Below, in pieces: positions 10,004 through 20,760 of a stretch of DNA of 64,000 nucleotides. The position numbers and the translations under genes were made by a program. The stretch is from an uncultured Alphaproteobacteria bacterium. GTDB lineage: Bacteria > Pseudomonadota > Alphaproteobacteria > Rhizobiales > Rhizobiaceae. The stretch's first letter is position 1; each line of letters opens with the position of its first letter. A model generated the notes under the pieces. The model saw nothing but the letters and a program-made list of their open reading frames with translations. It did not search any database and was not told the DNA's origin. The DNA is taken from NCBI GenBank assembly GCA_963822365.1, contig CAWGHM010000009.1, positions 338,181 through 402,180 on the forward strand, written 5' to 3'.

Positions 10004-11567
10004 GTCAGCTTCCCGTCTTTGCAAGATGAAGCGCTGTCTGTAGAGCCTCAAGCTGCTGAGGGGCAACGGAAAACTGTGTGAGACCGCAGGCCAGCAGATC
10101 GGGCAATGCCTCCGGCATGCCGGCGAGATCGCCGCAGATGCCGATCGGCTTGCCCATGTCCAGAGCCATTGCCACCGTCTGCCGGATCGAGCCGCATCAG
10201 AGCCGGCAGCGTCCGGTCGTGAAGGCTGGAAACCGCACCGCTGTCTCGGGCTGCAGCGCTCAGATATTGGGCGAGATCATTGGTGCCCAACGAGAAGAAG
10301 TCGGCATCCACGAAAGTGTCGAGCATCAACGCTGCCGCCGGAACCTCGACCATCATGCCGATCTCAGGCATGCGCGCCGCGACATGCCGTCGTGAAAGCC
10401 CCTCTGCCTCTTCTGCAAAGATGCGCCGCGTCTCTGCGATCTCGGATGCAACCGTTACCATCGGCAGCATCACCTTGAGATTTCCAAGCACCGCAGCCCG
10501 CAGCAGGGCACGCGCCTGCACCCGCAACAGATCCGGATGCGCCAGAAGCAGGCGAATGCCCCGCATGCCCAGAAACGGATTGCGTTCGGTATCGCCAAAC
10601 CCGCCAAGCGTCTTGTCACCGCCCAGATCCAGCAGGCGCACCGTGACCGGTCGCTCGCCGGCCCACTGCAGGACCTCGCCATAGAGACGATATTGCCGCT
10701 CCTCATTGGCAAGATCGGCGACGGACGCCATCAGGAACTCGCTGCGCAGCAGGCCGATGCCGGCGCAGTCCGCATTGACCGCCGCAAGCTCCGAAGGATG
10801 GCCGATATTGATCAGGCAGGTCAGGCCGTTCTCGATTGTTGACATCCGACGGCAAGCGGGCATCGGCCGGGATCGCGCCCATTGATCCTTCCGATCGCAA
10901 GGCTGCGGCAATATCCACATCTGCTGGCTCGACGAGAACGGCCCCCTGACTGCCATCGACCATCAGCCGCATGCCGTTTTCAACCGGGAATGGTCCGAGG
11001 CCGACGACCATGGGCACCGAACGGGCCCGGGCGAGCAGGGCAACATGGCTCACGAGACTGCCCGCGCTCAAGGCGATGCCGCCCCCCCTCCAGTCGTGGG
11101 ACAAGAAAAGGCTGGGACCGATATCCGCACCGACGAAGATCGATCCAACGGGAAAATCGTCCGCCTTCGTGCCGTTCAGCACATCAAGAACCCGATTGCG
11201 CATGTCGATCACATCGACGGCTCGCGCACGGATATCGTCATCATCAGAGCTTTCAAAGCCGGCAATATAGTCTTCCAGTGCAGCGACCCAGGCCAGAACG
11301 GCGCCCGCACCGGCATCCGCCCGATCAGCGCCCATCTCGCAAATGACAGGATCGGAGAGCATTTCCACCTGAAACTCGAGAACCGTTGCGGCTGTGCGGA
11401 TCCGAAACCGCCATCAGGGCCTGTAGATCGCCAATCGCCGTTTCAATTGCCGATGCCAGCATTTGATGATCACCGGCATGAAGAGCAGAGGCGGCCGCCA
11501 CGAAAGGAGCTGGCCCGATATATGCCGGCCCGACGGCTGGGCCGATGCCATTGCCCTGCCCGCGCAT
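10004..11567 (-). pseudogene. ptsI: PEP-protein phosphotransferase enzyme I (PtsI-like, DhaM phosphorelay); at least 3 frameshifts
   Basis: Four overlapping minus-strand ORF fragments together reconstruct EI: N-term GIGPAVGPAYIG; phospho-histidine domain GSLVSHVALLARARSVPMVVG; PEP-utilising TIM barrel LGTNDLAQYL; C-term GKPIGICGDLAGMPEALPDLLACGLTQFS in a third frame ending TGA 10004-10006. Confidence 0.75.
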
Positions 11568-11568
11568 G

Positions 11569-11931
11569 TCACGTATTCCGGGCATGTGACGCGTCCGCGC
11601 CTTTATCGGCGACCTCTCCGAAATCACTGGCAAACAGCGCTTCCAGACTGAAAATTGCCTCTTCGGCACGCAGGCCATGGGCGCGGATGCGCAAAGTCGA
11701 TCCCTTGCGGATGCGGGCACCCATGACCTTGACGATGCTCTTTGCACTCAGCCAGAGGCCGGAGCGATTGACCTCGATCTCGATCGTGCAGGGAAAGCTT
11801 TTCGCAAGCCGCGTAAACAGAACCGAGGGACGGGCGTGCAGGCCCACGCCGTGGGAGATCAGCAGCTCGGTCGACGCCGCCGACCCGGCGGACGAGACCT
11901 CCCCTTGCAGCCCCTGGCCTTTTTCCCTCAT
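11569..11931 (-). CDS. HPr-like phosphocarrier protein (DhaM HPr domain)
   Basis: 120-aa ORF with the HPr signature GLHARPS. ATGA overlap with the upstream EIIA gene. Stop is 1 nt before the EI start. Confidence 0.7.
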   Translation of the reverse strand: MREKGQGLQGEVSSAGSAASTELLISHGVGLHARPSVLFTRLAKSFPCTIEIEVNRSGLWLSAKSIVKVMGARIRKGSTLRIRAHGLRAEEAIFSLEALFASDFGEVADKGADASHARNT

Positions 11932-12326
11932 GATGGCGAAAGCTCCTCGGCAGTCGCCACGACCCGCGCCAGCGATGCGCCGCCCGAGGCTTCGGCCGCC
12001 GCCATCACCGCACCTTCGACGATCGGGGCATTGCAGATCGTGATCAGGGCCGAACGCGGCGCACCAATCGCCTCGACAGCCATCTCGCTGTTGGTTTCCG
12101 CACCCCCGAGATCAACGAAGATAGCGACACCGGCATCCGACCAGGCATCCTCGATCGCCTGAAGGATCGCGGCCATGTCGGTGCCCAGGCCACCGACCGG
12201 ATTGCCGCCGCACCAGGCAAGCGGCACGCTGTCGCCGACCATCTGGCGAACCATATCGGCGGCCCCCCTGGCGATCAGCGGCGAATGAGACACGATGACG
12301 ATGCCGACATTCCTGGTGGCACTCAT
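11928..12326 (-). CDS. dhaM: PTS EIIA (mannose-type) dihydroxyacetone kinase phosphotransfer subunit
   Basis: ORF 11928..12380. Likely start MSATRNVGIVIVSHSPLIARG (ATG 12326) overlapping the dhaL stop. EIIA-Man fold motif IVSHS. Confidence 0.7.
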   Translation of the reverse strand: MSATRNVGIVIVSHSPLIARGAADMVRQMVGDSVPLAWCGGNPVGGLGTDMAAILQAIEDAWSDAGVAIFVDLGGAETNSEMAVEAIGAPRSALITICNAPIVEGAVMAAAEASGGASLARVVATAEELSPS

Positions 12327-12961
12327 GCGCTGCATCCTTCGTGCAACGCGCGGCAGACCGCCGCAACCAGCAGCGCGCAACTCGCGGCCCCCGGATCCAT
12401 GTGACCGATAGACCGCTCGCCAAGAAACGAAGCGCGTCCGCGCATCGCCTGCAGGGGAACCGTCCTGTCTGCAAACGCGGATGCCATGTCCGGCAGCACT
12501 TCGACAACGTATTCTTCAGCCAGCAGATCATTGAGCGGATAGAGGACGTCGAGCAGCGTCTTGTCACCGCGTGCTGACCTGCCGCGTTTGGCCACCCCGT
12601 CCACAGCCTGCTGGAACGCAGTCGGAAACCTGTCGAACAAAATGCCGCCGTCCAGCGCTTTGCCGAGCTCGATCAGAAAGGTGCCATAGAGCGGGCCTGA
12701 TGCCCCACCGATTGTCATGACGAGGATACGCCCGGCCTCGGCAAGGGCTTCGGCAAGCGGCAGGGCGTCGAGCCGTGCTTGCGCGGCAACCAGCGCGTCC
12801 CAGCCGCGCAGCATGTTCGTTCCGTGATCCCCGTCGCCTATGGCACAATCAAGTCCGTTCAGGCGATCCATATGGGTGGCGATTTCCGACCGGCAGGCCT
12901 CGATCAAGACCCCGATCGACACGGCCGCAGGCGCCTGGACAATCTTGAAGACAGCGTTCAT
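12323..12961 (-). CDS. dhaL: dihydroxyacetone kinase subunit DhaL (ADP-binding)
   Basis: 212-aa intact ORF. DhaL motifs (DGDHGTNM, GGASGPLYG). Confidence 0.9.
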   Translation of the reverse strand: MNAVFKIVQAPAAVSIGVLIEACRSEIATHMDRLNGLDCAIGDGDHGTNMLRGWDALVAAQARLDALPLAEALAEAGRILVMTIGGASGPLYGTFLIELGKALDGGILFDRFPTAFQQAVDGVAKRGRSARGDKTLLDVLYPLNDLLAEEYVVEVLPDMASAFADRTVPLQAMRGRASFLGERSIGHMDPGAASCALLVAAVCRALHEGCSA

Positions 12962-14604
12962 GCGGGCTCCAGAGCGCCGGCAAGCGCTGCAAAGACCTGT
13001 GCCACCGCATGGGCGCCGGGGTCCATCACACCATCAAGTTCGCGCTCTGCGATATAGGCCGAGCGACCGGCTTTGGCCTTGCGCATCGACTTCGTTGCCT
13101 CGGCCCCTTTCGCCGCGGCTGCGGATGCCGCCTGATAGCCGCCGGATGCCAGGGCCAGAAGAGCCGGTTCCAGCGCATCGATCATGGTGCGGTCGCCGGG
13201 CTTTGCGCCACCATAGAAGGTCATGCGTTCCAGCCCCGAAAGCAAAGCCGCAGCCATGTCGCCCTTTTCCGCCTTCGCCTTTCCGGCCGCCGTGAAGAAG
13301 ATGGACAGGAGAACACCACTCGATCCGCCCATCACGGTCCCGAGCGTATCGCCGATCACGGCCAGAAGGGCAGCAGGATCGGCGAGCGGCAGCCGGTCCT
13401 TCTGCGCAAGAATGCTGCGCGCGCCCGTCGCCACCGTCGAGCCGGTATCGCCGTCTCCGGCTTTTGCATCCAGCCGGTTCAGCTCCGTCTCAATCGCGAT
13501 CAGGCTTTCGCAAACCGTCGTCAACACCTTCGCGGCCAGCACATCCTCGCTTGCGGACACCTTTTGTGAAGCGGTCGGCATGGCCGGTGCCGGCAGGATC
13601 GCCACGTCATGGACCTTTACCGGCGGCACCCAGGCATGCGGCGCAACAGGCGCGCTCAGGGCTTCTTCCCGTGCTGCATCCAGCCGGATCAGCGACAGCG
13701 AGAAACCGTTCATGTTCAGCGCCGTCATCAGCGGCGCCGGCCCGATGGTCAGCGCGATACGCTTTGCAAAAGGCGAAGAGAGGACAGCATTGGCGATCAG
13801 CGTCATTTCCACCGGCGGCACGGCGCCGAGATTGTTGATCAACAGGCCGTAGCGCGCCTCAGCCTCCATGGCGGCTGCAAGCCGCTCCGTCATGATCGCC
13901 ACAATGTCATCCGCCCGCTGGACAGCGATCCGCTCGACGCCCGGCTCGCCATGAATACCAAGGCCAAGCTCGCCCTCCTGCGGCCCGAGCCGATCCTCAT
14001 ACTCCTGACCCGGGATCGAGCAGGAGGAGTAGGAAACACCGAGCGAAACGATTTCACCGGCCGCTGCCCGAGCCGCAGCGGCGACGTCGGCAAGGGACTT
14101 CCCGCCTTCAGCCAGATAACCGGCAATCTTGTGGACGAAAAGCGTCCCCGCGACGCCGCGCGGTTGGTTGATATCGGGCAGCGCGATGTCATCTGCAACG
14201 ATGACCATCTCGACATCGAAGCCCTCGGCACGGGCCTTTTCCGCAGCCAGACCGAAGTTCAGCCGGTCGCCGGTGTAGTTCTTGACGATCAGCAGGCAGC
14301 CCGGCTCGCCCGTCACGGCACGGATCGCGGTCAGAACCGCATCGACGCTTGGCGACGCAAAGATTTCCCCTGAAACCGCCGCAGTCAGCAGACCCTTGCC
14401 GACGAAGCCGGCATGGGAAGGCTCGTGCCCGGCACCTCCGCCGGAAATCACCGCAACGCGGGATCTGTCCCAGTCGGCTCGAACGATCACCTTGATGTCA
14501 GGATAGCTGTCGAGGCGGGCCAGCATACCCGCCGGTGCAGTCCGCAGAAGCCCATCGAGCGCTTCAGTGACGATGTTTTCCTTGCTGTTGAAGAAGTGTT
14601 TCAT
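12958..14604 (-). CDS. ATP-dependent dihydroxyacetone kinase (fused DhaK-DhaL domains, Citrobacter DAK-like)
   Basis: ORF 12958..14703. Homology-consistent start MKHFFNSKENIVTEALDG at 14604. Both the DhaK (GGGAGHEPSH, LLIVKNYTGD) and DhaL (DGDTGST) domains are intact. Confidence 0.85.
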   Translation of the reverse strand: MKHFFNSKENIVTEALDGLLRTAPAGMLARLDSYPDIKVIVRADWDRSRVAVISGGGAGHEPSHAGFVGKGLLTAAVSGEIFASPSVDAVLTAIRAVTGEPGCLLIVKNYTGDRLNFGLAAEKARAEGFDVEMVIVADDIALPDINQPRGVAGTLFVHKIAGYLAEGGKSLADVAAAARAAAGEIVSLGVSYSSCSIPGQEYEDRLGPQEGELGLGIHGEPGVERIAVQRADDIVAIMTERLAAAMEAEARYGLLINNLGAVPPVEMTLIANAVLSSPFAKRIALTIGPAPLMTALNMNGFSLSLIRLDAAREEALSAPVAPHAWVPPVKVHDVAILPAPAMPTASQKVSASEDVLAAKVLTTVCESLIAIETELNRLDAKAGDGDTGSTVATGARSILAQKDRLPLADPAALLAVIGDTLGTVMGGSSGVLLSIFFTAAGKAKAEKGDMAAALLSGLERMTFYGGAKPGDRTMIDALEPALLALASGGYQAASAAAAKGAEATKSMRKAKAGRSAYIAERELDGVMDPGAHAVAQVFAALAGALEPA

Positions 14605-14677
14605 CGCATTCATCCAGTCTGTTTTCGAGCAGGCATCCTTTCCGCTGGCGGCAAGGAAAGCAATCGCGTGTTGGGCA

Positions 14678-15689
14678 TCACAGCAGACGCTGCCCGTCCG
14701 CACCGAAATAGAGCGGATCCTTCAGCGTCAAGGTAATATTGTCGCCGGGCTTGACCGGGACGTAAGGGTTGGCCAACGTGACCAGCTTGTGACCGTCGAT
14801 GCGCAGATGCAGATGGCTCTGGTCGCCCAGATGCTCGATCCAGTCGATCTGGGCATTGGCATTGCCGTTTGCCGCGTTGATTTCCAGATGTTCCGTGCGG
14901 GCACCGATCGTCCGCGTTCCCGCAGGCGGCTCCACACCCGGCACGAGCCCGGCCGGAATGAGGTTGATATGCGGCTGACCCAGCCGCGCCGCCACGTGAA
15001 GATTGGCCGGATTGCTGTAGATTTCCCGAGGCGTGCCGACCTGCACAAGCCGGCCGCCATCCAGAATACCGATACGATCGGCCATGGTCATGGCTTCGAT
15101 CTGGTCATGGGTTACGTAGAGCAGGGTCGAGCCCAGCTCGCTCTGGATGCGCTTCAGTTCCAGCCGCAATTCTCCGCGAAGCTTGGCATCGAGCGACGAA
15201 AGCGGTTCGTCCATCAGGTAGATCGCCGGCTTTCGCACCAGCGCCCGGCCGATCGCCACGCGCTGCATCTCCCCGCCCGATAACCGGGTCGAGCGGTTTT
15301 CCAGCTTGTGGTCGATCCGGACCATCTTTGCGACCTCGCGAACCCGCCGGTCGATCTCGTCAGCGGCCATCCGGCGGGCCGGCGAACGCAGCGGAAAAGC
15401 CAGGTTCTCGTACACGGTCAGGTGCGGATAGAGCGAATATTGCTGGAAGACAAAGGCAACGTCGCGGCTGGCCGGCGCAAGGCTCGCCATATCCTGGCCG
15501 CCGATCGTGACGCGGCCCTTGTCCGGCCGCTCCAGCCCGGCGATCAGCCGAAGCGTTGTGGTCTTTCCGGCCCCCGTCGGACCGAGCAACACGACGAACT
15601 CGCCGTCGCGAATGGTCAGCGTCAGCGCGTCGACGGCCTTGTTGTCCCCGAAGGACTTTCGAGATGGATTGCAGCGAAACCTCAGCCAT
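14678..15689 (-). pseudogene. ABC transporter ATP-binding protein (UgpC/MalK-like, first of tandem pair); +1 frameshift at ~15655
   Basis: True start MAEVSLQSISK (ATG 15689) lies in a different frame from the body SFGDNKAVDALTLTIRDGEFVVLLGPTGAGKTT...LSGGEMQRVAIGRAL. The junction tcgAAAgtcc has one extra A relative to an in-frame reading. Confidence 0.8.
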
Positions 15690-16781
15690 GACGGGCCTCC
15701 GTGTGAAGCGAGGACGGAACGGCGCGACCGGAGGCGCATTCGAAGAGCGACAGCTTTTCGCTGTTGAGTTCCAGGCCGACCGTTTCGCCGATCCGGAATG
15801 TGCGATCCGCCGACACGCGGGCCTTGAGCAGCCCCTTGCCCGTCTCGACAGCAACGATCTGGTTGGTGCCGAGATATTCCGCACCATAGACAGAGCCGCG
15901 CAGAGCCGAGCTATCGTTGAAGCGGATATGCTCCGGCCGTACGCCAAGCGCCAGTTCGCCCGGCGCCAGATCCTGATGCACCTCCGGAAGGCCGATCTCC
16001 ACGCCCTCCAGCGAAACCGAGCGCGCGCCCTTGCTGTACGCCTGCGGTGAACTTGAGGAAGTTCATCGGCGGCGAGCCGATGAAGTCTGCGACATACATG
16101 GAGGCCGGACGATTGTAGATTTCCTGTGGCGTACCGAACTGCTCGATGATGCCGTGGTTCATCACGGCGATCTTGTCGGCCATCGCCATGGCTTCGTGCT
16201 GGTCATGGGTAACGTAGACAGTCGTCGCATGGATGCGGTTGTGCAACTCGCGCAACTCATGGACCATGACCTCGCGAAATTCGGCATCCAGCGTACCGAG
16301 CGGTTCGTCCATCAGGAAACATTTCGGCCGCCGCACGATCGCCCGCCCCAGTGCCACGCGCTGCCGGTCGCCGCCGGCAAGACCCGAGACGGACTTGTCG
16401 AGGATATGGCCGATCTGCAGGAGCTTTGCCGTTTCCTCGACGCGCGCCCTGATCTCCGCCTTCGGCACGCCCTGGCTCAGCAGCGGAAAGCCGATGTTCT
16501 TGCGCACGTTCATGTGCGGATAGAGCGCAAACAGCTGGAACACGAAGGCGATGTCGCGGGCGCTGGCCCGGTTGAAGCTCACATCCTCGCCATCGAGAAA
16601 GATCTGGCCGCTGGTCGGCAGTTCCAGTCCGGCAATCATCCTGAGCGTCGTCGTCTTGCCGCAGCCGGATGGTCCAAGCAGCGCCAGGAACTCGCCATCG
16701 GCCACGGTGAAACTCGAATTCCTGCACGGCGACGAATTCACCGAAGGCCTTGCGCAGATTTTCGACCCTGATCTCCGCCAT
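15682..16781 (-). pseudogene. ABC transporter ATP-binding protein (UgpC/MalK-like, second of tandem pair); 2 frameshifts
   Basis: Start MAEIRVENLRKAFGEFVAV (16781) in one frame. Walker A body FLALLGPSGCGKTT...LSQGVPKAEI...YVTHDQHEAMAMADKIAVM in a second frame. C-terminal TOBE domain VEIGLPEVHQDLAPGELALGVRPEHIRF in a third (ORF 15682..16002). Confidence 0.8.
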
Positions 16782-16989
16782 GATCTACTCCGGAAATTTC
16801 GAGACGATGATGAACATCACGGTCCCGGCGAGAAGCGTGAGCCAGCGAATAGGTGTAGAGCACCAGCGCGAATGGCTGGAACAGCATCAGGAATCCAAGC
16901 CGCGATCAAGGCGGTGGCGAGGTTCTCCATCGGCCCGCGCCGCAGAAAGAATGGCACGTTTGGGCTTTGTGGGGGTGTGTTTTCCTGCG

Positions 16990-17950
16990 TCATTTGCGGA
17001 CCGCTCCGAAGGTGATGCCGCGCAGGAGTTGCTTGCGCAGAAGAATGGTGAAGACGAGGATCGGCACGAGGAAGATCGTCGTTCCCGCAGCCACCGCCGG
17101 CCAGTCCTGCCCGCCCTCGCCGATGATCGTCGGAATGAAAGGCGGAGCGGTCTGGGCCGATGCCCGAGGTCAAGCAGAACCGCGAAGGCATATTCGTTCC
17201 AGGCAAAGATCAGGCAGAAGATCGCCGTTGCCGCAATGCCGGTGGTCGCCTGTGGCAGCACGACCTTGAGGAACGCCTGCAGCCGCGTATAGCCGTCGAT
17301 CATCGCCGCTTCCTCATACTCGCGTGGGAATTTCGTCGATGAAACCCTTGAGCAGCCAGACGGCGAGCGAGACATTGACGGCGGTGTAGAGCAGGATCAT
17401 GCCGAGCGCCGTGTCGGACAGGCCAAGCTCGCGATACATGAGATAGATCGGGATCGCGACGGCGATCGGCGGCATCATGCGTGTCGACAGGATGAAGAAC
17501 AGAAGATCATCGGCCAGCGGCACCTTGAAGCGCGAGAACCCGTAGGCCGACAGCGTGCCGAGGAAGACGGCAAGGAAGGTCGAGCCGAAGGCGATGATCA
17601 GCGAGTTCTGGAAGCGCGGCCAGTAGTTGGATGCACCGGCGATCACCATGTTGCGGTTGCGGGTGATCTCGTCGCAGGTCGAGACTGCGGCGCCCCGAGC
17701 GACTGGATATATTCCGGCGTCTGCCGGGTCCGCGTCGTGAACAGGTTGCAATAGCCCTCCAGCGTCGGCTGGAAGACGATCTTCGGCGGATAGCTGATGC
17801 GAATCCGGTGGCGACTTGAAGCTGGTCAGGAAGATCCAGGCAAGCGGCACCATGGTCATCGATCGCATAGAGGATGACGATCGCCCCGGCGATGCGCTTG
17901 GACGTGTTGCTCGGTTCGACGACAGAATGGGCTGTGTTCGCGGCGCTCAT
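16990..17950 (-). pseudogene. carbohydrate ABC transporter permease (UgpE/MalG-like); at least 3 frameshifts
   Basis: Fragments MSAANTAHSVVEPSNTSKRIAGAIVILYAI (start 17950), MVPLAWIFLTSFK...IPIYLMYRELGLSDTALGMILLY, EAAMIDGYTRLQAFLKVVLPQATTG and C-term ...TFGAVRK-stop (TGA 16990-16992) lie in different minus frames. Confidence 0.75.
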
Positions 17951-18923
17951 CGTTGTTTCACCTTGTTCAGCGCTTTGACATAGATGTTGGCGAGACCAAA
18001 GACGGCAACGAAGAGGATGATGGCAAAGGCCGAGGCCCGGCCCGTGCGCCAGCTTTCGAAGGCCTCGCGCTTCAGCGTGATGGAGGCAACCTCGGTGGTC
18101 GAGCCCGGTCCGCCACCGGTCAAAAGCACCACCATGTCGAACATCTTGAAATTTTCGATGCCCCGGAACAGCACGGCCAGCATGATGAAGGGCAGCGCCA
18201 TCGGCATGGTGATCGACCAGAACTGCCGCCAGGCCGACGCGCGGTCCACTTCGGCCGCCTCGTAGATATAATCCGGGATGGAGCGCAGACCGGCAAGGCA
18301 GATCAGCATCACATAGGGCGTCCACATCCAGGTATCGACGATGATGATGGCCCAGGGCGACAGCGTGCACGGAACCGAGCATTTCGAAGGAGGACGGCTC
18401 GATGCCGGTGAAGAAGGAATACGATGTAGTTGAACAGGCCGATCTGCGGCTGGTAGAGAAATCGCCAGAAATTGCCGACCACCGCCGGCGACAGCATCAT
18501 CGGGATGAGGATGACGGTCGTCCAGAAGGCATGGCCGCGAAACTTGCGGTCGATCAGATAGGCCAGCGCAAAGCCGATCAGCATCTGCAGAAGGATCGTC
18601 CAGAAGACGAAATGCGCAGTCGTCTGCATCGCCTGCCAGATGTCGGGATCGTTCAGAACGCGTTGGTAGTTCGAAAGCCCGACGCCTTCGATTTCGGCAT
18701 TCGGCCGGTTCGCCCGGAAATTCGTGAACGAGAGATAGACCGCCCAGATCAGCGGGAAGATATTGATGGCCAGAAGCAGCACGATCGTCGGCAGGATGAA
18801 AACCCAGGCAATCGAGCGATCGGACAGGCCGCGGACACGGTACACAAGCGGCACGGGCGTTGCCCGTACGGCCTTATCCGCGGCCTTGTCCAGAACAGTT
18901 GAATTGGTATCGGTCACGGGCAT
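17947..18923 (-). pseudogene. carbohydrate ABC transporter permease (UgpA/MalF-like); frameshift near 18320-18400
   Basis: N-terminal fragment MPVTDTNSTVLDKAADK...IFPLIWAVYLSFTNF (ORF 18309..19001) and C-terminal fragment IPDYIYEAAEVDRASAWRQFWSITMPMA (ORF 17947..18327) are in different frames. Confidence 0.75.
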
Positions 18924-19014
18924 CACCTGGCACGAAGAAAAGGCGAAAGAAGAAACGGCGCGTCGAGAAACGGCCGCCCGGCTTTCAAACCGGGCGACCA
19001 TTCCGGGAGGATGT

Positions 19015-20334
19015 CAGAGTTTCCCGTCGTCTTCGAAGACTTCCGTCCAGTCCTTGACCAGTCCGTCCAGCGCTTCCTTGGCCGTGCCCTGATCGGCGAC
19101 CACGTAGTCGTGCAGGCGCTTCTGCGTGGCCTGCAGCAGGATGGCGTAGGACGGTTCCTGCCAGAAGTCCTGGACCTGGTTCATCGCGACCAGGAAGTCG
19201 GCCGCAAAGGGCTGGCTGTCCTTGAACGATCGGATCGTTCAGCACGGCATTGTGCACGGCATAACCGCCAAGCGACCACCACTTCTTCTGAACGTCGGGC
19301 TGGGCGAACCATTTGATGTAGGCCAGCGCGCCATCCATGTTGTCGGTATTGGCAACAACCGAGATGCCCTGCCCGCCAAGCGTCGAGGCATTGGATCGTG
19401 CCCTTCGGATTGTCGAAGAAGCCGATCTTGTCGCCGCCGACATTCTCATCCTTGGCGAGGCCCGGGAAGAAGGCAAACCAGTTCATCGCCATCGCCGACC
19501 TGTCCGGATTTGAACGCGTCAAGGTCTTCGCCCATATAGGCGTCGGTATAGCCCGGCGGCGTGCAGCACTTGTAGAGTTCCTTGTATTCCTCCAGTCCCT
19601 TGACGGCCTCGTCGGAATTCACGGCGCCTTCCATGTCATACTTGCCCGGCGTCATTTCATACTTGAAACCATAGGCATAAAGCGCCGCGTGGCGCCCATG
19701 GTGATGCCTTCCGAAGCGCGCTCGGTGAAGATCGCCGCGCCATAGACCTTCTTGCCGTCGATATCGCTTGCCATTGAAGAACTTCGCGGTTTCGAGCAGT
19801 TCCGTGCCAGGTCGTCGGCGGAGCGAGATCGCGACCGGTCGTCGCCTTGAATTCGGCCTGGATTTCCGGCTTGGAGAACCAGTCCTTGCGATAGAACCAG
19901 GCATTGGCGTCGCCCATGGCCGGCAGCGCCCAGTAGTTCGGCGTGCCCTTCGGCCAGGTCGAATAGGCATTCACCGCGGCCTGTGCGAAATCGCTCATCT
20001 TGATCCCTTCCTTGTCGAAGAAATCATTGAGCTTGACGTAGTAACCGTTTTCGGCCGAGCCGCCGAGCCACTGGCTGTCGCCGATCAGCAGATCACAGAG
20101 TTTGCCGCCGGAATTGAGTTCGTTGAGGATGCGATCGGCGAAGTTCGGCCACGGCACGAATTCGAATTTCATCTCCGTGCCGGACTGCGCCGTGAAATCC
20201 TTCGACAGTTCCACAAGCGCGTTTGCCGGATCCCATGCTGCCCAGCACAGGGTGAGTTCGGCCGCCTGCGACACACCTGCCGAAAGCGTCAGCGCCGTTG
20301 TTGCTCCCAGGAGAGCCTTGGTCATTTTCCGCAT
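19015..20334 (-). pseudogene. carbohydrate ABC transporter substrate-binding protein (CUT1 family); at least 4 frameshifts
   Basis: Signal peptide MRKMTKALLGATTALTLSAGVSQA (start 20334), then SBP body scattered over ORFs 19657..20400, 19446..19970, 18985..19476. A fourth frame ends ...WTEVFEDDGKL-stop (TGA 19015-19017). Confidence 0.75.
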
Positions 20335-20682
20335 GTATTCCTCCCAGATACAGAAGCAGGCACCACGCCGGCTTCGGGAATTCCATTTTCCGCACAGCAT
20401 GGCCCCGGTTCAAAAGGGCGCAAAGCTGCGCGACTGCCATCCACCGGGGCCGCCACCAAACCTTACAATTTCACCTGAGCTCCCCGCCCTTCGCCCGACG
20501 GCCAAATCTCGCCGTGTTGAGCAATATGTTTAGTGATATTTATTTTACTCAACATGACAAGAGGCAATCGTTGCTGCACCGCAACCATGCCGCAATGGCT
20601 TGTTGAGAATGATTTCCCGGAAAAAACAAAATCAATCGACTAAACAAATAGTTCAGAGAATGGACTGTCGTGAGCATGCGCA

Positions 20683-20720
20683 AAACAAAAAAATCCCCGA
20701 ACGCGACAAGCGTTCGGGGA
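20683..20720 (-). terminator. rho-independent terminator downstream of purU (stem CCCCGAACGC / GCGTTCGGGG, then U-tract on minus strand)
   Basis: Perfect 10-bp GC-rich stem at 20695-20719. The minus-strand downstream sequence reads ATTTTTTTGTTTTG. Confidence 0.7.
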
Positions 20721-20760
20721 TTTCACAATGTCAGGCCATCGACGATGCCGAAGCGCCGGT

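Noticed and set aside
16800-16990. Firm DUF2160 family assignment for the small inter-genic ORF
   Set aside because: Only hydrophobicity and position support it. No reliable motif match can be made by eye, so it is kept as a finding, not a feature.
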